Shown piece after piece: positions 51,919 to 64,000 of a stretch of DNA of 64,000 nucleotides. This stretch comes from Neocallimastix sp. 'constans'. Lineage: Eukaryota. The stretch's first letter is position 1. Every line of letters begins with the position of its first letter. Below the pieces are notes generated by a model. The model was given only the letters and a program-made list of their open reading frames with translations. It was not told the DNA's origin and made no database searches. The position numbers and the translations under genes are program-made. The stretch spans positions 248,001 through 312,000 of the forward strand of contig JBODTK010000107.1 of NCBI GenBank assembly GCA_050613775.1, given 5' to 3'.

Positions 51919-54202
51919 ATGAATTTTACCTCATTCTATCTATCAAAACAATATGCGGATGTTACTCTATCTTTTACACCATTACCTAGTTCAACATCTA
52001 CTCCAAAGGTAATTAAATGTCACAAAATTTTATTAGCTGGATATTCTGGCTTTTTTGATGATTTATTTTCAGGTAAAATAACAATGAATAAAGGTGAATA
52101 TGCTGATTATATTTTACCATTCCCCGATCCTGGAAGAGCATTTGAAGTAATTAAGATTTACATATTTATATTATTATTATAAATATTTCTGTCTATTATA
52201 TTTGTATTTATATATATCAATTCCTATATTAAATTTATAAATGTTTTTCTAGGAATTACTTCAATTTATATATTCTCAAAACATTAATATTACATTACAA
52301 AATTTCCTTTCTTTTATTGAACTTGCTGAATTTTTAAGAATGCCTGAACTCTTAATTAAGTTAAGAAAATTTGTTAGTTCAACAATAATCCCCGAAATAA
52401 TCACACCAAGTCAAATTAAAGGTATATTACATCAAGCATTTGAGTATGCACTTTCAAATGAATGGATAGAAAAGTTATTAAGTTCAGCATGTTTAATTTT
52501 AAAAGAGAGTTTATTAGATATTGATTTAAATATTGTTCAAATTAATCAAGAAAAAGGTTTAGAAAAAAAACATTTCACATTTAATTCTATTAGAGATAGT
52601 ATATTAATTAAAATTCCATTTCCAAATTTTCATTTCCTTTTGACAAAGTTATTAAATGAAAAAAATATTCAAGTTTCAATCAATGGTCTTTATAAATTTA
52701 TACAAAGATATGTAATATTACACACAGAAGGAATAAAGTATATGTCTTCATACATGTATCCCGATACAGAAATAAATTCAAAATTAGAAATTAATCAAGA
52801 ACAAATTGGAATTTTATTTAAGTATATTCGTTTTTCACAACTCTCCATTAAAGAATTAGAAGAAGCAATTTCAGATTCTATTGTACCAAAACACATTATT
52901 ATTGAAGGTATGATGGATAGATTAAGATTACTGGATAATATTTCAAATAATAATTCAACAATAAGTATAAATGATAATTATTCTGATAATGAAAAATACA
53001 GAATGACAAAAAATAATTCAAAATCCACTTCAGACATTATTAATAGTTATCTAGGAAAAGATGATGATGATGAAAGTTATAGAAGTGTATCAAAGGATGA
53101 AATTTTTGATTCTGAATCAAATAGAAATTATGTAATGAATAATATCTCTTATTCTGATAATATTAATAATGGGAAAAATACAAGTTTTCTTATGAAAAAT
53201 GGTAAGTAATATAAGCTAATGAAAAATAAAGGGAAAAAATTGAATTCTTAATGATAATAAATAATAATAAATTAAAATAGATCCTAAAGATAGTGCCATA
53301 TCTATAAATGAAAATATTCCATCATCTTCGAAATATGTTGTATCAAATAATTCAGATATATATTTGAATTCTCCTGAATTTAATCCACCACTACTCCCTC
53401 AAAATTCATCAACGAAGATTCTCAAAAATGGTACAAATTATAGTCAAAGAAGCAATGGAAGTATTATTTATTCAGGTAATTAAATATTATTCATATTATA
53501 TTTTTTTATTTTTATTTAATTTTCAAATACTTAATTGATTATTTTATATTAATCTCAATCAAAGAAAATGAAAATAAAATGAATTTAAAAAATAAAAGAG
53601 ATACATCAAATATGGATTCTTATCCGATTTATGTTAATATTAAAAAAATGAATGGGGAAAAAGATGACATAGATAATAGGATTGATAATGAAGAGATTAA
53701 TGAGGAGTATAGTGAAGAAAATAGCTTTATGAATCCTCAATCCATTCCATTGCAGCCTATTAATGTTTCTAATAGCAATGACAATAATATGAAAATTCCT
53801 CCATTTCCAAAGTCTATTATGAATCACAGTAATAATTCAAATTATTCTATAAATAGTGTAAATCAAACAGCTTCACCTCATGGTAGTTTTTCATCAGTTA
53901 TAAAACCTTATAATGAAAACAAAAAAACTGAATCACCACGTCCTCATGTAAGATTCAAGGATATAAGAAATACTTCAATCGATTCATCAACTATTAGTCA
54001 CGAGGAGTATGATAAAAAATACAATAATTATGATGACTTCAAAAAAAATATCAAGAATCCAGAAGAAAATAGTAATGGCTTTAAAGTACTTAATGTCAGG
54101 CCAGGGTACGAATTTCCAGAATTGTTTAATTCACCGAAGCAAAGTTTTTCTCCGAATGTTGGTAAAAAAAGAAGAGAATCTTTCTTTAAAAAAATGTTTT
54201 AA
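51919..54202 (+). CDS. BTB/POZ(-BACK-like) domain protein with low-complexity C-terminus
   Basis: YADVTL...IKCHKILLAGYSGFFDDLF...FEELLQFIY...LLELAEFL is a BTB pattern, with YIRFSQL further on. Exons 51919-52146, 52253-53201, 53281-53475 and 53565-54202. A possible in-frame upstream exon lies at 50973-51025. Confidence 0.85.
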
Positions 54203-54744
54203 AAACTATGAATGAATTATATAATATTTTTTTGCATTATTTTTTTTTTAATTTCATGCTTATTTTTTAAATAATAAAAATAATTCTAATTCTAATTCTA
54301 ATAATAATAATAATAATAAATAATAATAATAATAATAATAATAAAATTAAAAAATTAAAAAAAATTGATATTATATACTAATAATAATAATAATAATATA
54401 TCGAACATAATATCAATAGTAAAATTATAATATTAATGAAAATAACAATAATAATATATTTTTATTAATAGTTTATTGAAATAAACAAATGAACAAATGA
54501 ACAGCAATAATTTTTCTTTTTATTGTATTAGCTATTAGGAATGTTAATTATATATATATATATATATATATTTAAAATTGAAATCTTTATTTATCTTTAT
54601 TACATGGTATTTGATAGTACTAATAATATAAAAGAATTAAAAAATAAATCTTTTATATATATTATTTAATTATAATAAACTTTTACCTACATATTTATAT
54701 TTCAAATATATGATATTGTTTTTATTTTATCTATGTTTTATATT

Positions 54745-57700
54745 TTATTGTAAGGTAATAGGAATAACTTGATATACTCCATTAATGAATTCTATTTTAA
54801 TTTTTAAATCTGTATTTTTCATTGAATTATATTCTTCATATGATAAATTTTTATCAAGTTTCACTGTAATTATTTTATTTTCATAAGCCTTTAGTTGTAT
54901 AATTGTGTCATTATCAATAATCACGGACTTTCTAATATCATTTTCAATTGAATTATTGCTTATCAAACCATCAATATAAAAATTATTTGTATATCCCAAA
55001 ATAATATTATTATTTGATGGTATCATCTTAAATATATATATCTAATAATGAAAAAATATAAAAACAAAAAATATTTTAATTAATGTAAAATTAATTTGTA
55101 TTTTAATTTAATATATTTCTTACATTTTCTGATGGATTTATAATATTAAATGTCTTTAATGAATTTATATTACTATACTTTAAGTTAATATGATAATAAT
55201 CAAGATTATGTTCAAACTTTATTCTTGGAATTGTTATTATACCAAACAAGTGTAGCTTCGTAATTGATTCATCTTTAATAATATCTCTTATGTCATCATT
55301 AATACATTGATTTTCGGTATTCTCATTATTTTCTAATGACTTACAATAAGATAATCTTGAATATAATAAAGCATCATATATTCCTTCGAATGAGCTTTTC
55401 ATGTTAATTTTAAATGAAACTTTTTCATTTGATTTAATAGTTGCTGTTTTTGGTTCTATATTAAACACGTCATAGGTATTATATTTATAACTTTTTGCAA
55501 ATTTATTCATTTCCTCTATTAATTTCTTCTTTTCAATATCTTCTATAGATTCTACTATATTTTTTTTAATTTCATATGGACTATTTCCATAATCATTCAA
55601 AGATAAAATACTAATTTCCTTTGATTCAAATGTTTTATTTTCTTCACTGCTATTATCATCAATACTTTTATTCATTTCATTAATAGTCGAATTTTGACTT
55701 TTATTTAATGATGTACCATAATTGTTATCAGTAATATTACTATTACTAATTCTTTCAGTATTATCATATACGCAATTAATATTATATATTGAGGTTTGAT
55801 TTTCATCATATAAACTATTTACACTTAATACAGGAATATTTTCTAAACTTGAAGTTGAATTTTCATTATTAATTACACCTTCCTCAAGCGTTTGCTTTAC
55901 TTCTAATACTTCTGGAGATACTTTAGTAATTTTACCTAATAATTCTAATGACATGTTAACTAGATCATTATTTTTACTAATAATTGATTTAAATTCATTA
56001 AATTTATTGACTTTAGTTTTATTAATTAATAATTTCCATGAAAGAGTAACATCTTTTGGTGATTCATTTAATATACATATAGTTTTAGTAACTGAATTTT
56101 GAGCATCTGGAATATCAATACAATTATTTTCATTAAAATCAACATTTGATGATACCAAACGTGTAGAGAAAAACAGATTTTTGATGTCATTATAATCCTT
56201 TGAAGTAGGCATATTAATATATGTAAGTGGAACACCCTTTACTTCCATTCTTATTGGAATAGTTTTCTCAATTCCATTGCTAACCTTAATTGTTAATTTA
56301 TCTTCATATATTCCTGATATATTGCTATATGCTTTAATTTCAATATCAACCACATCATATGGTTTTAAAATACCTGATCTTGAACTAATTTCAAACCCTG
56401 CTCCATATTTATCATAAATAAGTTTTTTAAGATTTTCAATGTTTTCTTTTTTAAATATTTTATTCTTAAGATAACACTGACCATTTTCGGAATAAAAGTA
56501 AAATTTTTTATCGTTTTTTTGTTTAAGAATTAAATTTTCGGAATTATTTTTGATTGTATCATCATTTAATGCGTCATAATTAATATTATATTTATCAAGT
56601 GAAATTTCATATTTTGATTCAACTTGGAATGTATTAATAATTCGTATAATTTTTTTATATGATTTGAATAATTGACATTCATTTCCATAATTTAAACAAC
56701 CACTATTATCAATTAATTTATTATCAAAGTCTTCCTTACTATTATATATTTCAATATCAATATCTAATCCTTTAATATCCAAATTCAATTTTACACTTAA
56801 GTTTCCATAATTTTCAACCATTCCATCAATTACAGCGTTAATTTCAATATCATCAAAATTTCCTATAGTTTTTCCTTTTACATAAAATTTAACATCAATC
56901 TCTTCATTTCCATTAATAATTCCTTCCTCATTATCAAATCTAATTGATATGTCTTTATTACTAATTGAAAATATTTTATAATGAGTTGGTAATAAAGTAA
57001 TATTTTTTAATGTAACATACATTTCTTTTTCTATGTTTAAATAGCATACACAATTTTCCTTTTTATTATTATTTTGAAATATAACTTTTGGTGTTAACAC
57101 ATTTGCAACTAATCTAATACTGTGTGAGAAATATTTTTGTGGAGAGATAACAAATTCTTCATTTTGAATTAAATCTTCTTTGTGTTCGCATTTTTCATTG
57201 ACTAATTCACATATTATTTCTCCTTTGAACTGTTGATACCATAAAGGAATAAATATAATGTCAATTTTTACACTTTCTTTAGATTCTAAATAGCCTCTTT
57301 TTGGTTCAAAAAGTGCTAAATAGTCACATTTTTCCTTATTTTTTGTATATAAATTTATATTCCAATTAATTTTTTTTTCAGAATTATTAGTAAATAACAA
57401 ATATTCCTTAGCGCATGATCCTAACTGAATTATTCCAAAATCTATAATTTTTTTATCAAAAACAAAATCTCTTGATTTAAAATGAAATTCACCATTAATA
57501 TTTATATTAACTGCATTAAATTTATTATTATTAAAGTAAACTTCAATATTTCCATTAAAATTTCCTGAAAAATAACCTTTTACTGAAAATAAAATTTTTG
57601 TACTAGAACCAGGTTCGATAACTCCATTTGATTTACTTATTTTCATTTTAGCAATTTCTGGTGTATTATTTGTAAGTATTGAAGAATATGATATTGATGC

Positions 57701-60397
57701 TTTTCCGTTATTAAAAATACTAATTTCTTTTGTATATTTTTCATCAACGTTTAATTTTTCTGGTATATTTAAAATTGCTGGTACTACTTCTATTTTTAAT
57801 GGCTCTGATTTTCCAATACATCTAATATTAATTAACTCATTACCATTTATATTATCTTCTATAAAATTTAAATTTTTATTATACAATAATTGGGCAATAA
57901 TGTCATAATGTTTATAATTTTTTGGACAAAAAGAAAATTTGAATTCTATTACTTCTCTTGGTTTAAATACTATTTCTTCTGGATATACTTTTAGTACTTT
58001 CTTTCCAACATTATAACATGGTATTTTAATATTTGAATTATTACAAGCATTTTCTTTATCTTTTGATTCTAAATTTTCCATTAATAAATTATTATAATCA
58101 TAATATGAACTCATAATATCTTTAGGCTTATCAATAATATTCCATTTTATTGGAATATTAACATCTGTCATATTTTTTAAACGAATTATTTTGGTTATTT
58201 CTGAATTTATATTACATGTGTCAAACTCTAAAATATTTGAATATATTATTTCTTCATTAGTACAAATATCTCTATATGTTTTTTTTTCTATTAGTTCGTC
58301 ATAATTTTCGATTGAAACGCATGGTTCTTGAGCATTTCCTTTAATAGTTATTTCTTGCTTTTCACAATTATCCCATGCTAAAAATACTTTAAGTTCTTCG
58401 ATATAATTTAATTTTTTATTTTCCTTTTTAAAATTTAAATTATATTTTGGATCAAAATACACTTTTAATTTTAATTTTTCGTTTTCTTTTATCTCACAAT
58501 ACCCAGGAACTATTTTAAATGGTCCATTATTATAAATATATTTACTATAGTCATGATTTAGTTTAATATTATGTAATTCCTCACAAGTTCTTTTATCATC
58601 ATGATCAATTATTATAAATTTTCCCTTTCCTCCACTATTTTTTATTATAACTTCTGTTTCGGACGTTAAATTCACAATGCAAGGATTACAATTTAATATT
58701 GATGGAATATCAATTTTTGGTTCTTTAATTTTTGCTAAAATATTAATTATTAATTTATCTCCATATGAAGATGTAACATTTATTGTTCCATAACATGTTT
58801 TCAGTGATACAGGATTAAAAATAACTTTATAATGAGCACTTAATCCAGGAGAAATAAGACCATTATCTCCTGGTGAATATATTTTACATATTCTAAAATA
58901 TTTTGAATTTTCTTCAGATTCAATTACTACTTGAATTCTTTGAGTTTCGTATGTTGTATTTTTTATTATTAAGATTGATGAATAAGATTTATATGGAACA
59001 AATTTATCAAATCGAATGTTTGATGGAATGGCTACCATACCTTTTTTATTTACAATACTAGATAATGTTCGAAAAGTACTTGATAATGAATTCTTACTTT
59101 CATTCATCCTGTCTCTTTGATTACTATATTTTGGATGATAATTTTGTATTGCTTTATTCATTTTAGTAGAAATAATATTTCTTGTTAATTTACTATTAAT
59201 AGCATTTTTATTTTGTTTAGGTCCATATATATCATTATAATTTTCAAAAATATTATTAGACATTAAACCATTCTCTATATTTGATATGTCAGTATATATC
59301 ATATTTTTAATTTGATCATTTGTCCAATATATTAAGTTCTGTTTTTTTTGCATATTTTCATCAAATTCTGGAATAACATATTCGGTAGGCCAAGATAAAT
59401 TATAATAAATAGGACCATAATAATTAATAATTTTCATTGTATTACTAATATTACACTGTTTTAAAGCATCCCACGAAGCACTAATGAAATTTTCAGTTTC
59501 AATTATTTCTTCTAACTTTTTATTTATTACTAATGAAATATTATTAATTTTATTTTCATATTCTTTTTCAATATCGTCAACATTTACTGATGATGCATTA
59601 TATAAAAATGAAAACATTTCTTCTTGCTTTGGAAAAGGAGGAATTTGTTTTAAAGTATAATTAGATGAATTTTTATTTTTAAGTTTATTATCAATACTGT
59701 TTTTACTCAATTCCTGTGAATTTAATAAAAATAATGATGAAAAAGCAGAGTTTACTGATTCATTTTCTTTTGCATTTTTAACCCAAATATTTGTTTTAAA
59801 ATCACTATGTATATTATTTAAGTTTTCTTCTATTTTTGATAATTTGTTTTTAATATCCCAATGTTGATATAAAGATGTATTATTATTAAAATTTAATTTG
59901 TCAAAATTTTTATTATAATAATGACTATGTACAGTGTAATCAATCAATTCCTGAATAATATCATCAATTAATTTATAAACTCTTCTTTTTTCCCAAAATT
60001 TTAATATTTTATCTTTTTTTTCTTTATCAATATTATCATATAAATCAATATTTCTACTTTTATTGTTTTGGAAAATATTTTTTTTATCTTTAATAGAACC
60101 AATATATTTTCTACAATTATTATTGTATTCTGCATTAATTTTTTCAACGTAATCTTTAGTTCTTTCAAATATGAGTTTTTCCATTTCTTCTTTTTCTCTT
60201 TTTTTTCTTTTCTGAACTTCTTTTATTTTAACAATATTAGTTACTGATTCATTATTAGTATTATTGCTATTTACATTGTTCTTAATAGTTTTTAATTGTT
60301 GTATATCATTGGGTAAATTTTCATTTTCTAAATTATTAATGTTACCATTAGTATAATTTTTAAATGAAATATGATCTTCTTGCAACACGCTTCCCAT
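54745..60397 (-). CDS. DLEC1: DLEC1/CFAP81-like ciliary protein with tandem ASH (Hydin-like) Ig domains, ~1850 aa
   Basis: Exons complement(55124-60397, ~54745-55026). Repeated ASH motifs: IKNTT, GLISPGLSAHYKVIFNP, IKNSGGKGKF, LKNMTDVNIPIKW, IDFGIIQLG, LKNITLLPTHY, GIYEDKL. Confidence 0.7.
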
Positions 60398-60875
60398 ATT
60401 TATATTATATATATATTTTCATATATATATTTAAAAAAATTCTTTACACACCTTTTATAGTAATTAAAAATATATATATTGATTATAAAAAAAATATAAT
60501 TAAAAATCTCTTAAAAAAATATTTTTATAAATATTATTTTCATTAATCTATATATTTTTATTATAATATGTATTATATTTTCCTATTTGAGTTATTATAA
60601 AAATTATATAAATAATTTTAAGTGAAGTTCGATAAAAAAAATATAATCATAATATATTATTATAAAAACTCCGATAGAATATTTTAATAATTTTAAAATT
60701 AAAATTATTAAAATTATAAAAAAAAAATTTGTGTAACACATTAATGAAAAATATATATAATATATATAATAATAATATAATAATTTTTATTTTTATATTA
60801 TAAAAATAGATTCAAATTCTATTTTTGGTAATCTTCTGTTTATTAATATCATCACTATTATATATATAAATTGAA

Positions 60876-61140
60876 TTTTTTTTTTTTTTTTCTTTTCTTT
60901 TGTATATAAAAACTGGGATTAATAAGAGAGGAGGACAATAGGCTTCCGATCTCTCCTTTAAACCTATCAGACTTCATTGGATTCTTTGTCATACCGTTTC
61001 GACGTCGATGCAAACCTATCTCTAAACAAAACTTATATGAAAAGACATTTCTAAAACGCCGCTTCATACGACGGGCTTCTTGTCAGTGAAAAACTGCACT
61101 TATCTTCTCTTACAGATCAAATACTGTATAATTTATAGTT
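60876..61140 (-). mobile_element. Probable retroposed LINE 3' end
   Basis: GC-richer island preceded by a T run (60876-60891, poly(A) on minus), carrying the shared 30-nt motif at 60986-61015. No convincing TSD. Confidence 0.6.
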
Positions 61141-61711
61141 TTGATAAATTCAATAAAACCATTATTATAATATTATTTTTGAACATATTAAATTAATTTT
61201 ATTTATTGGTAGCATTATTATTATTGTTTTTAAAATTCCTATTGTAAATTTTTTTTTATTTTGTTCGAACAAAAACTCCTCATATTTTAATGAAATAAAA
61301 ATTTTATTTACTTATTGTAAATCGTATTTATTCTACCTATTAATAAAATTATTTATAAAATTTTTGAATTTAAAAGAAATTGCATTTTTTTTTTTTTTTA
61401 ATTTCTATATTATTATAATCATTAATATCTTTATATTCATTTTTTATAATGTTAATTATCATATAAATCATAAATGAACGAAATACTTTTTTTCATTACA
61501 GTTGTTATTAGAAGATCAGTTCTGATATTTCCCTACATACAATTTAATTTCATTACAATTTATATATATATATAAAAGAGATTCCTATGATAAAACTTTA
61601 TTGCTTAATAGGATTCAAGGAAATCGCTGACAAATTACCAGGTCATAGGCTTTATTATTATTTTTTTTTTAATGACTCTATGGTTGACTTTTTTACAAAA
61701 AAAAAAAAAAA

Positions 61712-61742
<31 letters not shown>

Positions 61743-63517
61743 TTCATATTGTCATTGTCATCTTAATAATAATAATAAAAAAAAAAAAAAAAAAAAAAAA
61801 CTTCATTTTCTTTTACATTATTAAATTGAAAATTATTAAATTATTTAAATTCATTCAAATTTATTTAACTTCATATTATATATATATTTATATTTATATA
61901 TATATTTTTTGGTTTTGGTTTTGGTTTTGTTTTATTTTATATTTTCTCTAAGTTTAAATTATTTATCTACAATTTTTAATCTTAATTTTGGAGTTTAATT
62001 GTAATAATGATTAAAACATTTGATATAATTATAATTACATTTGTCCTTGAAATTAAAATTTACATCCTTTTTCAAATAAAATTTTATTACTAAAACTTTT
62101 TAAAAATAAAAAATAATAATTATAAATTTATTATAAATCTTTAATAATATATTATATAATAAATATTTTTTTTATAAAATCTTTAGTAACATATTTTATA
62201 ATAAATATTCTTTTATTAATATTTTAAATAATAAGTATTTTTTCTAATTTTTATTTATAAATTCTAGATTGGATATTCCACTTTATAATAATATAGTTTA
62301 TTTTTATTAATATTTATAATAAATATTTATTTATTAACATTTTATAACCTATATTCTATTAATAATTTTATAATAAACTCTATTAATATTCAGTCAACAT
62401 TCACTCTTATCCACATTAAACTTACCTTCCAAAATAAAATTCTAGAAAATACAAAAATATATTTCTTTCTATATAATATAAATATAAAAAAAGAAAACAG
62501 AATAATAAAATAATAATAAATAATAAATAAAATAATATATGAGTTTAAAATAAAAATTAATATATATTATTAAAACTTTCTGTATTAAATTATAAATTTA
62601 TTTTTAATTTAAAATATTAGAATAAATGACAAACAATAATAAAATAGTTGATAATAAAAATAACAATATTAAAATAATAGATGAATAAAAAACGTAATAA
62701 TTAGAATAATAAATTATGTTAATATTAAAATTGAATGATAATTAATTATAATAATATAATAAATAATAATTATTATTAAAATAATAATAAGATAATAATT
62801 AATAATTAAAATTCATGTGATATAAAAGGAGGCCATTTTCTTTCTTTATAAAAACGAACAATGAAATTTGTATTAAAACAATAATTTTGAATTTAAAAAT
62901 AATAATTAAATAAAGAAAAAATTAAAAGAAAATATTATTTATTGTTTTATTGTGTCCATTAAATTAAAAATATTAATAATCATTTAGTTAATAAAATTAA
63001 ATTATTGATTTGAGATACAGGTATTTGCACATCAATTAAATATGTATTAAATACAATAGATAATTTAGCTTGGATGATCTAAACATCAGTCTATAAAATC
63101 CAATCTTTTTAAAATTATTAATTGAAAGCTTATTGATTTATTACGGACAGTAATATATCAATCTAATCACATCAATATGCCAAATCATCATGTATACTTA
63201 TAATATTAAAATGTTTTATTATTATAAATATTTTACTCCTAACAAATTTTACTGTTAGAGTTAGTTATTCACCAGCTGTTGTTGATGATGATAGGTATTA
63301 TGACAATTTACTTGGAATTACTCTGATATATCTTTTAAAACTGTTTAAAATATTAATTTTAATATAATAATTTATTTTTGTTTTAAGTTATTATAAAACA
63401 AATAAAAAAATAAAAAATTATCCAATCATAATCATTTAAAATCAATCAGTAAATTTTTTGAAATAACATTTTTTATAAAATACTATATTAATCATTTTGA
63501 AAGAAATTAATTTAACC

Positions 63518-63630
63518 TTTGTACCTGACGTCCTGTCTATATCCCCGAGTCAATGTTGCTGAAATCTTTGTTTTTTCTAAAGGATTTCGGTGCCAAGGTG
63601 GGACAAGAGTAAAAATCGTGCGGTAGAGAA
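63518..63630. other. Unexplained GC-rich island with a stem-loop
   Basis: About 110 bp that are much richer in GC than the flanks. CTGAAATCTTT(G)...(T)AAAGGATTTCGG can pair. Confidence 0.35.
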
Positions 63631-64000
63631 ATTTATATTGATTTATTTTCATCTATAATTTAAATCATAAAACAGTTTCTCACATGAAAAAGCGATATTT
63701 ATTATTTTAAATGTAAATTAAATTTAAAAATTAATTATTATTTATTATATGATTAAATTATTAAAAAAACATTTAAAAGTTGAAATAATATTGATAATTA
63801 TAAAATTATTATAAATATGCATATCAATATTGTTTTATATTTTTTTATAAAAATTTTAATTGCTATTAAAATTATTTCATTTGGTTTATTCTTTATTTTA
63901 ATTAAATATTAATAAAAAAATTAATTTTATTATTTTAAACTAAATTTATTTTAAAAATGAAAAATGAATATATACTTTTTTATTCTATGTTTTTATTTTT

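Noticed and set aside
60860..61150. TSD for the 60.9-kb retro-fragment (ATAAATTGAA vs ATAAATTCAA)
   Set aside because: Imperfect and AT-rich, so it is not reliable evidence.
61490..63340. Possible TE remnants (KAYDLV on minus near 61640; hAT-like YLSSSTTAG near 63280)
   Set aside because: Isolated short matches without supporting collinear motifs.

Overview
Extremely AT-rich, intron-containing eukaryotic DNA, most likely from an anaerobic gut fungus (Neocallimastigomycota). The evidence is a fungal double-dockerin enzyme, flagellum-related genes and very long (AAT)n tracts. Nine host genes can be assembled by hand: a secreted double-dockerin alpha/beta-hydrolase (-), a long low-complexity protein with a C-terminal calponin-homology domain (+), a U2B''/U1A-family snRNP protein (+), an Edc1/PNRC-type decapping activator (+), a CCP5/AGBL5-like tubulin deglutamylase (-), an EF-hand/WD40 protein (-), RNA Pol I subunit RPA49 (-), a BTB protein (+) and a DLEC1-like protein (-). 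Six non-LTR retrotransposon (LINE) remnants are scattered through the window. Two have clear poly(A) tails and target-site duplications, and four share an ungapped 30-nt CpG-rich 3' motif. The most unusual feature is a ~1.43 kb compositionally foreign insert (18007-19438) that splits a dead LINE reading frame almost to the base. It encodes the recombinase and zinc-ribbon DNA-binding domains of a large serine recombinase (phage-integrase type), with Asn/Asp-rich expansions, one nonsense mutation, no visible catalytic domain and an upstream heptamer array. All family calls come from motif recognition by eye; no database searches were run.
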